Positions 9,359-20,760 are shown, counted from the first letter of the stretch. The stretch: 64,000 nucleotides of DNA from Eukaryota sp. GEM-RC1 (GCA_040285855.1 JAUFOQ010000004.1:1798001-1862000); one strand, 5' to 3'. Numbers and translations are program-made. The notes: a model not told the origin generated them from the letters alone.

Positions 9359-12300
9359 ATGAGTCAAGTCTCTCATTCAACCACTGGCTTTGGATCTAAA
9401 GAATCCAAAGGCATCCAATCCTGGATTCAACATCTACTGTCAGGAGTGGCGTTTTTACATGCTTCAGAGAAAATCCCTCATAAAGTGTGCTCATATACAC
9501 TGTTGATAGTCCAGTTTATCCAAATATTGGGTTTTGTTCTTCGGGAGACTGTGTTTCACCCACTCCTTGATCTACAGCATATCCTTAAGTATGTGTCTCT
9601 CCCTATCCACAGCTCCTGGGCTACGGTATCAGGACCAGCCCTTCTGCTCTCCTTGTTCGTAATCCTGTTGTTGCTTTTCGCTCTGTTCATAGTTGTATCC
9701 TTCTGGAACTCCTCCAACAGCCATGTTAATGGCACCTTTGTCATGTTTCTCCGGATCCCTTGACGTCATTCTTCCTCTCCTTTGTTCCTTGTGGGCGACT
9801 GTTCCACCCCATTGGAATCTCTATTGAAGAAGGCGTCACTGGCGACTGTTCCTCCTCTGTATCCCTCTTCTACAGAACCATTGGCCTACTCGGCTTTGTG
9901 ATCTTGGTCGTTCTCGCTTTGCTATGGACCGTGTATTACGACAACTCACCCACATCTAAGAGAAGCTTTGCCAGGTCTCATAACCGATTCTACTTCTTCT
10001 ATCTATTATCCATTACTTATATTTTGGTTGTATTCTTCCTCTTTCATAGTAGATTCTGGCTCTTCAGAGTTTCCTATTTACTTGTCCCCCTCTTTCTCTC
10101 TTACAAACTCTACTTCTACATATCTTATTTCAAACGGCGTTCAAACACTGTACAAATGGCACTATTAGGAATTTGGATCGGAACTGCCATTGGATTCATT
10201 GTTAACTCAGTTATTAAAGTAGATTCTTTAAAAGAAGGATTTTTTCATTCCCTTGTATACTTTCCACTGTTTGTTCTTTTTGGTGGCATCTGGTCCTTTA
10301 TCATGAAAAGAAGAATTAGTGTTATTTGTTTAACTGTTCACTCAATCAAGGCGGAACTGATTGAAAAGGGATTGATTGTTGATGGGGCTCCAAGTGATGA
10401 ACTTGACACTTATGATTTTTCTTCCCATTTTTCTAAGAAATTTAAGAGCATCTACTGTGTAGATCTGTCATCACGTGCCCTTCAACCAAAACCCTTGAAA
10501 AGTGAGCTTATATTAGTTTTAAAAACTCTTTATTCATTTGGAGAACACGTGTATGCTGATGACGTCATGTATCTATGTTTAAAATTGTTATTTGAAATTC
10601 ATATTCTGAGGGATCCTATTTGTGCAACGGTAACTATCAGTACCATTAGTACTCTTGATGTTGACTTCAAACCTGACGAATCTCTTATGATTTCACGTGC
10701 AAATCAACAGCTTGAAGCCCTCAGAAGACAACAATCAACTGGTCAAGACGTTGACACGTCATCATTTCTCCACTTTCAGTAACAACAAAGTCATTTAGTC
10801 AATCTCCATCGTGATTGTCTTGATGGATTATACGCTTTTTGGACTGTGTTGTCAAAACCTAAAGTTGACCTATCATTGTTACCTTCAATTCTTGGAAAAG
10901 TTCACAAGAGTAAACAAACAATTATTTCAAATTTTAACACGTTACTTCAGCAACATGGGGATCAACAATCACTATTTACGTCATATGCTTCTTTCGTACG
11001 AGAAGTTGAGTGTGATGAGGAGCGAGCTGCTTTGCTTGACGAACAAGCTCAGTTGCTTTCCTCTAGTGACAAAAATTCTAGTCATGGTGCAAGTTCTTAC
11101 TCAGGATCTGTTAGTTTTTCCAAAACTGGAAAGAAAGTACAAAAAGAAGTAGGAAGTTTAATCTTGATTCAATGGCAAGTGGAGGTCAAGATTCCAAAAA
11201 GAGTGCGATTGCTGTCCTTCAATCATCAGTAATTGTTGCTTTGGTCATTATGACTGTCATTGCTGCTGCTTCATACCTTCTCTCTGCCAACGTTCTGTCT
11301 TCAGCTTCAGATCGAATGGACCAATTGTATGAACTTACTCATGTCCAATCGGTTTCTGAATCACTTGGATTAACTGCAGGACGTGTTTTTCTAAATTTAA
11401 ATAGCCAAACCACCACGAGTTTTGGTACTATTTTATTGAAAGAATCTGAACATTTGTCTTTTCATTTAAGAAGATTAACTTTATTGGATCCTTATGATGA
11501 CGATTACCCTGACCTTCCTTGTCCAAGATCCAAAGGTAGATCAATCAAACCTCCTGCAAGTGACTTTCAATCAGAAATGAGAACTTTACGGTTTCCCATT
11601 ATTTTTGTTTATAACTTTATTCCACCTGTGGAAGAAGCTCGAGTTCTTTCTGCTTGGACAATTGGACTAGCTCAAGCATTGCAGAGCAGTGGTGCTGGTA
11701 AATTATTGGATTCTGGAAATTCTTTAAAATTTGAAAATTTGGCAAGCATCAGAGGAAGTTTAGATGGATTCTATAATGCCCTGAATCATATCTATGATTG
11801 GTTGGTTTCTGATTCCGATTCTTTCTTCAGTCTTTCCTTTTCCATCCAAATATTTATGAATATTATAATATTCCTGGTTGTTTTGATTATTGGCTATGTG
11901 CTCTTTGCCAGGTCTTTTCCAAAATTACTGACGAACGTATTGCAATTTTAAATCTGTTTTTATACATTCCACAAAAAGAAATTCAAAAATTGATGCAAGA
12001 TCCAAAGTTTGATTATATGAAAAGAAGAAGAAATCCAAAGCTAAATCCACTCTTTCCATGACTGCTGACGTCATCTTGTCTGATGACGATTCTGATTCTG
12101 AAGTGTCACGTCAATCTATTTCGTCTGACAAAAATACTGATGTTTTGTTTGATTTACAAGAATCAAATTCATCACAAACCAAAACAAAAATACATGTTCC
12201 ACTTTCGACTTCCCTCAATATTTTAATTATTGTGTTGTCGATATGTGTTTTGATTGTTGGAATCGTTGCAATATATTTCCTGTTCGATATTATCAATGAT

Positions 12301-14577
12301 AACAGTGAAGTGAGTGCTCGATTCCACGTAAAACTGGATGCAAGAAACACCGCTGCTGACGTGACTTTGGTTGACCGTGACGTGTCAGCTGCTATACAGT
12401 TATTTACTGCTTTTGGTGATGATCATTTTCTTCTCAATTTCTTTGATTTAATTAATTCTGGACGACGACAGACAGCTTTAACAAACTTACTTTCGCTTGA
12501 ATTAACTGAAAACCAATTATTGTCTATTTCTCAGGTTGGTACTTTTGCGAATGTTATTAGAAGACTGGAATTCATTTCTGGAAGATTGATCTGTTCCGTT
12601 TTTGAAGTTGATGAATCTCTTTGTTCGAGATTCAATGATTTCACTTACGACTCTCAATTAGAATCTAACTACTTCAGAGATAAGTTAACTTATGACGATG
12701 TTGTCTGGTATTCTACTTTAGAACAAGACCTCGAGAAATCAGTGAACGATCGTTTGAATATCGCCCGAAATGCTCAATTTAACTCTCGCTGGACAGCAAT
12801 CTTCATGACTTTACTACACACTCTAGAAGGAACAGCCATTACAATTATTGACTCTTTGTTTGAATTCATTGAGGCAGTGTACAACAACGTTAGTTCTGAT
12901 TTTAATCTGATTTGGATATCTGCAATAACTACCTCAATCATTATTTTAATCATAATGAGTATTGCCATTCTGAATCGAAGAAGTTTACGATTTGCTGGTT
13001 TCTTAGTCTTTATCTTCCTAATTGTCTTTGTTGTCATCATATCAACTGCTGTTTACTTCTCCATTACTGCTGAATCGATCTTTACACGTGATATTTCAAC
13101 GCTGATTGTTGAGTCAAGAAGAGTATTTGCTAGAGTTGTTAATGTCGAGTGGGAGTTTAACTTTCGAAGGCGATTTGATCAGTTGGCTTTTTCTAACAAT
13201 TTTGAACATTTTGAATTAGGTGAAATATCGTATCAAACTTTACTTGAGCATGTTGATTCATTGAGCTCCACTGATTTTGTTTCTCATCCCGCTCTCGACA
13301 ATGCGATTGAATCAATTAATCGACAATTGAATTTGATTGAGGATAGATTGATGGATTATATTGAGCGTGTACAAATCATGTCTAAATTGGCCACGTTTTA
13401 CCTTCCCGAATATCAGTTGTCAAGTTTGGTTAATATTACTTGGGACATTGACCAATTACCACTAAGTGAACGACATACTTGGAATTTACCTCACGGTTAT
13501 AGTCTCACTAACTCAGAAACAGATTTAACAAATAGTGACGAATATTTGAAAAATGTTTCGCGAGCAATATTAACCTCCAAATATTTTTACACTTTATCTC
13601 GAGATTTAGTTGAATCATTTGCAGAAATTCGACGCTCAACAACGAACACTCTAATCGACATTGTTGACCCGTTTGATGCCAAATTTGTCTTTAATTTGGA
13701 AATTGCTGCGTATTTGGTTGTTGCTTTACTTGTTGCAACTGTATTATGCTGTTTCTTTATCATCTTATCTGGACGTAAGGAAAGACCAAAGGCCTCCCAT
13801 GTTAAACAAAAGATCTCTTTTCCGGCAATGAATAATTACACAAAGCAGTATGTGTTGTCATTGGCAATATTGTTTGTAATTCTATCATTGTTTTATATTG
13901 GTTCTCTTATTGGTTTTACTCAACTTCGACCTTTACCTAGATTAATTCAAGATTATGGTACAAGAACTGCTCTTGTTACTAGAATTGCTAATGATGTTAT
14001 TTCGGCGTTTATTCAACCTGAACAACAAATTTATTATTTAAATAATGCACAAATTCGCATTCGTGATCTTCTACATCTTCACCATTCCTTGGTTGTCAAT
14101 CATGTTGACGCTGACTTCCATCAAACCAAATTACTGTTTGATAGTAAATATGACGATACTACGAGATCGTTCAGTGATTTGGATGATAATCATGGATTGC
14201 ATAGTTTAATAATTAACTATATTAATTTCGCCGAATTATTTGCTATTCAAGATTCGTCTCTAGATTATTCAAATTCTAGTCCTGATTTGGTGAATCTGTT
14301 GGTTTATTTTGATAGCATCGCTGAAATGTCCCTTGAGTCGATTGATAACCTTCACACATTCTCCATCAACCGCATTGCTTTCTTTTCAACATATGTTCTA
14401 GTGGTTTTTATTGCCTTTATTGTTGTACTTTCAATTTCGTATATTTTTGTCTTTCGAAAAATGCTGAAAGATTTACATGAAGAAGAATTCTTAATTTTGG
14501 AGTTTTTGGAAATGATTCCTGAAGATATTCTAACCCAGGAAGGTGGTATTCAGAATTTTTTTGCCACAAAAGGTTGA
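9359..14577 (+). CDS. TmcB/TmcC (tiny macrocysts)-like multi-pass membrane protein; fragmented, possibly a pseudogene
   Basis: N-terminal multi-TM block, TmcB-type helical region (AFWTVL...FTSYASFVREV), several TM-bounded extracellular domains and C-terminal EFLEMIP motif. Five ORFs join through four 1-nt shifts (~9760, ~11145, ~11922, ~12022) and one in-frame TAA at 10780-10782. Confidence 0.7.
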
Positions 14578-15290
14578 TTAAATGCGTCATTTAGTTTGTT
14601 TTAGTTTTATTTGTGTATTGCATGTATAAAACGTTGTTATTAATTTCTATATAATGTACTAGTATGTTTGGAAATATATCAAACAAGATAATCCGACAGT
14701 TAACAAAATATCTGGGAAAACTCATTTCTCAAAACCTGGACAACCAACAGAACAGCAGATATTAGTTGACAATGTGATGAAATGGTTTTCGATGCTGTTC
14801 CTTCTTAGTAAAATTGAACAGAGGACGGTTCTCTCATTAGGAGTACTCCAACAAATAATTTCTAAATAGCACGCATCCGCACATTAAAATTAACATATGA
14901 TATTTTTAATTATTCTCATGGAAAATACCCACTAGTACCTGGTTTTGTCGAAATTTAGTCAAATTGTCCTTGATGTAGCAAGCTTGGCCCTAGTTCGGAC
15001 ACTCCTATTAACAATTTGAATTCAAAACGTCTCACAAGCTATCGATTGGAACATAAATTAAATTTGAATTGTACCGATGTATTGAGCTAATCAACTTCGT
15101 TTTCACAATTTGTGATTATGATCTTCTATTAGGTTGTTGTTTATGGGCAATCTTAGTGAGATGACTTCTCAATTGCACATTAATTTTCGATCTATGTGAA
15201 CTACATATGCATATGTGCATGTGTCTATGTGTAATCTTTTTCAGAGTATGATGTTCAAGTTATTTTTTTATTCGAAATACTTCTGACACA

Positions 15291-15563
15291 ATGATCAAAC
15301 TGAATTCCAATTGGTTTTCTACTTTTAAGTTCATTCCTTTTGCTATTTCAATTCTTGGTAATATTGGGGGTGTTGCTGAAAATTTCTTTGATGCCTTTTC
15401 AAAGTTGTGCCGTGACCATAGCAAAAATTTAAATCAGTCTCTTTGGCGCAATCGAATTGTTTTTTCCTTATATAGAAGTTTCCCAAAGTATTTGAATCGT
15501 ATTCTGGACAAGTTGTATCGTGGTAGTTCAAGTGTAGATGTGGATCATTTAATATCTTATTAA
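15291..15563 (+). mobile_element. 3' relic of an RLE-type (CRE/SLACS-like) non-LTR retrotransposon
   Basis: FIPFAISILGNIGGVAENFF...WRNRIVFSL matches the C-terminal F-x-P-F...G..G..A pattern of restriction-like endonuclease domains. Homologous to the translation of ~20580-20720 (PFVFSLYGF.GESA...WRNRIAF). Confidence 0.6.
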
Positions 15564-15802
15564 GTACAGTACTAGTTGTTTGTATTTCGTTAATTTATAA
15601 CATAAAACCAATTTGTTTAGTGAAAATACTTTGAGTAATTGTGATTGAGTGCAAAAATTGAATTTTTGACGAGTCTATTGTATAAACCAGTGAATTTGGC
15701 AACAGATCGAACAGTTTTCCTGTGTACATTGCAGAGAACGTGATCGATTCAATTTATTTAAAAATTCAGCACCATAATTTACTCTTCTTGTACACTCTTT
15801 TT

Positions 15803-16717
15803 ATGGCCTATCTTCCACCACACGAACGTCGTAGAGGAAGCACTGCTTCCGATTCTTGTCGCAGCAGGTCATTAAGTGAGGTTTCTTTCAACCTACCCAA
15901 AATCCCAGATTTTGTTTTTCATCTACAAGACGTAAATGAAGGCAAGAGGACTAACACTCTTAACAACGACATCTATGACTTGGACAGACCAATCTTCCGG
16001 CGATTCTTAGAGCTTAATGTTCACGACACCAACGATCGTTTCAGATTAACTTCTATTGTGAATGGAGAGCTGGATGACTGTTATACGTATGTTCGAGATC
16101 TTCGGTCTTTGACTTCCTTGTTCAAAAAGGAGAGAAAAGTTCTGGGGCTACACCGAATCCGCTCGTCATACGCCTTTCATGTACTTCACCCTTTCATCTT
16201 CCAGTTTCTGCAAGCAACCGCTACGTCCTCTGACAACGCCGATCCAGATCACTTTTATCTGGGTATCTTTCTACACTCAGTGTACTTTGACTTTGTGAAA
16301 GAAAAACTTGAAGATGTGTTCTTTTTCCTTGCTAGAGTTCTGCTTCTCTCCTTAAGCCAATTCACTAAGGCCAATGAAACTGATCACAGCACCTTACCAC
16401 AGTACATTGACAACATTCTATCCAAGATTTACCAATCCAGGATCTTTTGCACCAATTACTTCTCTACTGAAACCGATGCTGACTTTTCTGCTATGTTGCT
16501 AGTTGGTTTGGCTTTTGTCATTCATTCTTTCCCTTCATCTCTATCGAAACTGGATGTTTTCTCAGTGATTCTTCAATGGATGATGGACAATGGTCATGTG
16601 GATGATTGTTCGGCAGTACTCCAAACATCTCGAGGTTGGTTCCAGGATCGTTCTGACACATTTAACAAGGGAACGCAAGTTTCTATTTTTAATGAATTAG
16701 AACGGTTAAAAACTTAG
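15803..16717 (+). CDS. Hypothetical helical protein (~304 aa) starting MAYLPPHERR
   Basis: Open frame with ATG at 15803 and coding-like composition; no domain recognised. Confidence 0.6.
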   Translation: MAYLPPHERRRGSTASDSCRSRSLSEVSFNLPKIPDFVFHLQDVNEGKRTNTLNNDIYDLDRPIFRRFLELNVHDTNDRFRLTSIVNGELDDCYTYVRDLRSLTSLFKKERKVLGLHRIRSSYAFHVLHPFIFQFLQATATSSDNADPDHFYLGIFLHSVYFDFVKEKLEDVFFFLARVLLLSLSQFTKANETDHSTLPQYIDNILSKIYQSRIFCTNYFSTETDADFSAMLLVGLAFVIHSFPSSLSKLDVFSVILQWMMDNGHVDDCSAVLQTSRGWFQDRSDTFNKGTQVSIFNELERLKT

Positions 16718-16992
16718 TGTAGTTTTTAGGGGCTTTCATAACTTACTTTGTACAACTTAGTGTTTGTATTTTAATTATGTAAATAGATCAATGTACTTTC
16801 AGTGTTTTACTTTTATTTCTATGTACATGTACAGTAGTTCTCTTCAGTACTTTGATATTTTATCTGGAAATAACTCTGATGGCTCGTAAATACAAAGGAC
16901 AAATTCAAAACACATGCAGCATTGATGCCACCAAAAGTTGGATTCCATTTCTAGTTCAACTCTTTTCAAGAACAGACAGACTTCTTCTCTTA

Positions 16993-17346
16993 ATGATCCA
17001 AAAGAAACCTACTCGACGAACACCCTCTCCAAAAGTCTCTCAGATCAAGGAACTGTTTGAGCACCAGCGTTCTGTCAAACCAGACTCACTCAAATCTAAT
17101 CACGTCCCAAAGACTCTCTCCTCTCTTCACAAAGACAACTTCACTTTAGTTCAGGATTGTATTCACTCATTGCTTCTACTTTATCCCACTGTTCCTGACT
17201 CACCTGAATTCCAGCTCTTATCTACTATCTTGAGAGAAATGGAGTCGTCAGACGTTCCAGTTCCCATCCTCCCATCTCTGCCAGTGAAACCTGTTGGATG
17301 TGATCCTTCTTTTTATATTCAATGTCTAACGAAACTTCTTCACTAA
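16993..17346 (+). CDS. Small hypothetical protein (alternative ATG at 16879)
   Basis: Open frame with coding-like composition between AT-rich spacers; no motif recognised. Confidence 0.4.
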   Translation: MIQKKPTRRTPSPKVSQIKELFEHQRSVKPDSLKSNHVPKTLSSLHKDNFTLVQDCIHSLLLLYPTVPDSPEFQLLSTILREMESSDVPVPILPSLPVKPVGCDPSFYIQCLTKLLH

Positions 17347-17630
17347 TAGACATATTCATCCGTTCGAATGTATATGATTTACTTATACGAATAGTATGGT
17401 GTCTGTGACATTTTTTGTTTTTTGACTTTTCATGTATTGTAATTTTTGTCTTGAGTTTTGACTGAGACTTTGTACTTTTAGCTGCTTGTATTCATCATGT
17501 CATCAATAAATTCATTTGTTTATATTAGGTTGGATACTAATCGATGTGAAATTATCTGTATTTCTCTTCGTGTGACAACATAATAAGCTTTTTACTTGAG
17601 TTTCAGCTTAAACAGGCTACTATTCAAAAC

Positions 17631-18134
17631 TTAAGCTTCAATTCTGAAGGTTAATCCACAACGACCTATAGTTAAAAAGAATAAAGGTGATAACATACCG
17701 CAATAATGACGATCTTTCATGGTGGCCATGAAGGTACCGGCACCGCACTGAGTGGAGGGGCATTCTCTTCGGAGACGTTGGACCTTGTCGCCTTCAACCT
17801 TGTAGTACTTCAGGACAGACATCTTAACGGGCTTGCGGACTTGCTTCACCTTCTTGGGCTTGGTGTAGACCTTCTTCTTGCGCTTTCTCTTACCACCATC
17901 GAGGGGCATCGAGGCATGGATTGTGGAACCGGATTCAACTCCGTGATCGGCGAGAGTTCCTTCTTCTAAAAGGCGGCCGGCAAAATGGAGAGACAGCTCG
18001 ACACCTATGGTTGGTCTAATAAATACACCATACCAAAGATGTCTTGAACTTGAGAGTTCAAGACATTAATGTTTTCCCTCACTATCAATCTCCAAGGAGC
18101 AAGTTTTGTTGATAGACTTTAAGAACAATTGCAT
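17631..18134 (-). CDS. RPS27A: 40S ribosomal protein eS31 (S27a) fused to a divergent ubiquitin-like domain; 3 exons (18134-18034, 18004-17699, 17665-17631)
   Basis: [10 protein letters not shown]...VLKYYKV...[15 protein letters not shown]...RHYCGRCGLT after removing intron 2. N-terminus [18 protein letters not shown]...[33 protein letters not shown] aligns to the ubiquitin fold. One extra base at ~18076 interrupts exon 1. Confidence 0.93.
17666..17698 (-). other. 33-nt spliceosomal intron 2 of RPS27A
   Basis: GTATGTTATCACCTTTATTCTTTTTAACTATAG; removal restores the conserved HYCGRCG zinc-finger knuckle. The ORF track reads through it as [11 protein letters not shown]. Confidence 0.92.
18005..18033 (-). 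other. 29-nt spliceosomal intron 1 of RPS27A
   Basis: GTATGGTGTATTTATTAGACCAACCATAG; removal restores [14 protein letters not shown] in frame. Confidence 0.85.
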
Positions 18135-18185
18135 TGTAACAGAAAAAAGAACTTTACACTTGACAGATTCATCACGAACAGAATA

Positions 18186-19240
18186 ATGCTTCTCCACTAT
18201 AGCTTCAACTCTTTAGGCACTTGCTTGGGTGTTGGTACTTCTGATGGTGTTTTTGAATGCTACAACTGCAATCTTGGTGATTCTCCCGATTCAAAGTGGA
18301 GAGGTCCACTCATATCTCGCAAAGTACCTGCTGGTATACGCATAATAGAACTTCTATTTCACTCATCTTCAATCTTTCTTGTTGGCTCATCACCACAACA
18401 ATCAACCACTACAAATATGTCTCAATGGTCTGATTGCAAGCTGCGTATATGGTCAGATTCCCAACGTTATGTTGTTGGTGAACTCAAATTCACAACCCCC
18501 ATTCAAACTGTCCGAGTCAACTCTTCTCTTATTGTTGTTGCTCTCGAGGATGCCGTCTGGATCTACCGACTCAACGATCTAGTCTCCCTTGAATCTTTTC
18601 GGACATCCAACAATAAAGTGGGCGCCATTGCCCTTACTCCCAACCAAGATACTCAACAATCATGTGTATTGGCTTGTATAGGAGACCATCCCGGCGCCCT
18701 CAAAATCATGTACATTTCTCCATCAGACTACGGAACATCAAAAACACAATCAATCACAGTTCACAAACACCCAATAGAATACATTGCCATATCGGAATGT
18801 GGACAGTTTGTTGCAACAGCTGGTCAACTTGGTACTATCATTAGACTGATTAAAATAGATGAGAGTCACCCACCAACAGTTCTTTGGGAATATCGCAGAG
18901 GTTATCGTAAGGGATCAATAACGAGTCTTGTGTTTTCACATAACACTTCCTTTCTAGCAGCAGCTTCTTCTCGTGGAACAATTCACTTGTTTGATATAAG
19001 GAATGCCGTTTCTTCCGCTTCTCTTATGGTTCATGCAGACGAGAAGCTCTCTTTGAGACTTCGCGGTCTGTTTGTCAGTATTCCACTGATGATCCAAAGC
19101 CTGTAGCTTGTTTTGGACCGAGGGATTCTGTATTGAATGTTGCTTTGAGTTCTGGTGTTTTTCTGCAGTTGTCAGTGTTGATGAATAATGAGTCTGTGGC
19201 TTTGGAGAAGAAGAATTTTGGGAAGTTTTTCAGTGAGTGA
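18186..19240 (+). CDS. PROPPIN (ATG18/WIPI-family WD40 protein); one apparent frameshift near 19052
   Basis: IELLFHSSSIFLVG, LRIW, ELKF.TPI..VR, VHKHPI, ATAGQLGTIIR, EYRRG (FRRG-like) and SSRGTIHLF. Adding one T at ~19052 extends it through RSVCQY...ACFG to TGA at 19238-19240. Confidence 0.88.
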
Positions 19241-20020
19241 GTGTTTTTGATTGAACAGAGTGATTTGATTGGAGTTGAGTCGGTTATGCAAACTTTCTAG
19301 TTCTGTTTTTGTATTATAGATTTTACACTTGATCTTGGGTCTTGATCGTTTTCTGTACATAAATTGGATCAATGACTTCTTTTATTTATAAGTTTTTTCA
19401 ATTGACTGTACGTTTTTAATTTCCCACAGGCGCTAGAATGATTCTATTAGAGGATTAAGTAAGGTTTGTTGTCGTTTTCTGGGTAACTATGGTAAAATTG
19501 ATTCTGTTTTTGAAGACTCTATAAATGCGTGTCAATTTAGTCTAACTTTTATTTTTATCACTGAACAAAAACACACATTGTGTAGCACACGTGTGGTTTA
19601 AAAATTCCAATGAGTTTTGAAGAATAGATTAATCATATGTTACTTTTTGCAAAATTATCTTTTTTGAGAATGTGTTTCGACGACAACTCTCTTCCAAGAA
19701 GTGGCGGTACAGTAAAGCAATTTTACAATGAATGATATCAACTGCAGATATACTACATGTACTAATTAATAACTAAGAAATTATCAGAGTTTCGACTTGA
19801 CAATTAATGTAATATATGAAAGAACTAAAATTTACAGTGATTTCAACGACATGTGTCACTGACAAATCTTACTGTTTCAGAAACAGCGTTTCTGAATCCT
19901 CAAGGACCTCACAGCTAGTAAATAGCTAAAATGGAACTTTTTCTAATTAACAAAAATTGGCACAGTCAATTCAATTTACCTTTATAACTGAATTAATACC
20001 ATGTATGGATTGGATAGTAT

Positions 20021-20760
20021 ATGAATGAATGGGAAAAGCATATCAAGTATTTCACTCTCAAAAGATACTACTCTGAGAAAATTCCTCATCTTTGGGAATC
20101 AACTGATCCCTCAATATCACTATATTTTTGTAGATTCTTTGATGATTCTTTTAGGGGTCAATTTATTGTACATTGTATGTGTAAATCTAGTGAAATAGTT
20201 TCCTTTTTAGAACCAGTTTTGGCTAGTTTGTTTGATGATGAAGATGTTGACAATTCGTTTGGTAAGAACCGTGGTGATGTGATATTATTTTCTGGTCACA
20301 ATGGTTCTTTCACCATTGCTGATGCTACAACTATCGATGTTTGTAATGATTCCAACAAGAAACTTGCTAAATCTAAAACTAAAAACCCGCTGTTGAAAGG
20401 TGAAAAATTCAAAAACGGACAATTGTGCTAAATTGAAAATATTGAATTCGGTTTCACACTCGAACTATTTGCTGTACTGTTAGCCAAAGGTATTAGTATG
20501 GTTACGTAGTCAGTCATTTCATTTTATAAACACCTTTTACCTTCCCCCATTTCTTTCCCATAACTTCCGGTATCAGTACCCTTTTGTATTTTCACTGTAC
20601 GGTTTTTAGGTGAATCTGCAACATCATTACTTGAAATCTTTGTGAAGATTGTAAAATATGAACATCTAGGACTTTTGATCCTAGATTTTGGAGAAATCGA
20701 ATTGCGTTCTGTATCTTTAAAGGTACGGTGACTTCTGCTTGTAATACTTTATTATCTCTT
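20021..20760 (+). mobile_element. Internally deleted RLE-type non-LTR retrotransposon relic, interrupted by a solo LTR
   Basis: YFCRFFDD (RT YxDD-like) joined to RGDVIL...IADATTIDVC...EKFK. After the solo LTR the reading continues as PFVFSLYGF.GESA...FWRNRIAF, with frameshifts. Confidence 0.6.
20478..20575 (+). mobile_element. Solo LTR (98 bp) with 4-bp TSD GTAC
   Basis: TGTTAGCCAAAGGTATTAGT...TTTATAAACACC...GGTATCA flanked by GTAC at 20474-20477 and 20576-20579. Removing it and one GTAC restores the host relic frame NYLLY-PFVFSLYG. Confidence 0.85.

Noticed and set aside
10780..10782. TAA-to-Gln genetic code reassignment, suggested by FQ*QQ
   Set aside because: TAA/TAG end RPS27A, SmB, IPO9 and the LRR genes at the expected positions, and long ORFs have no other in-frame TAA/TAG that I found.
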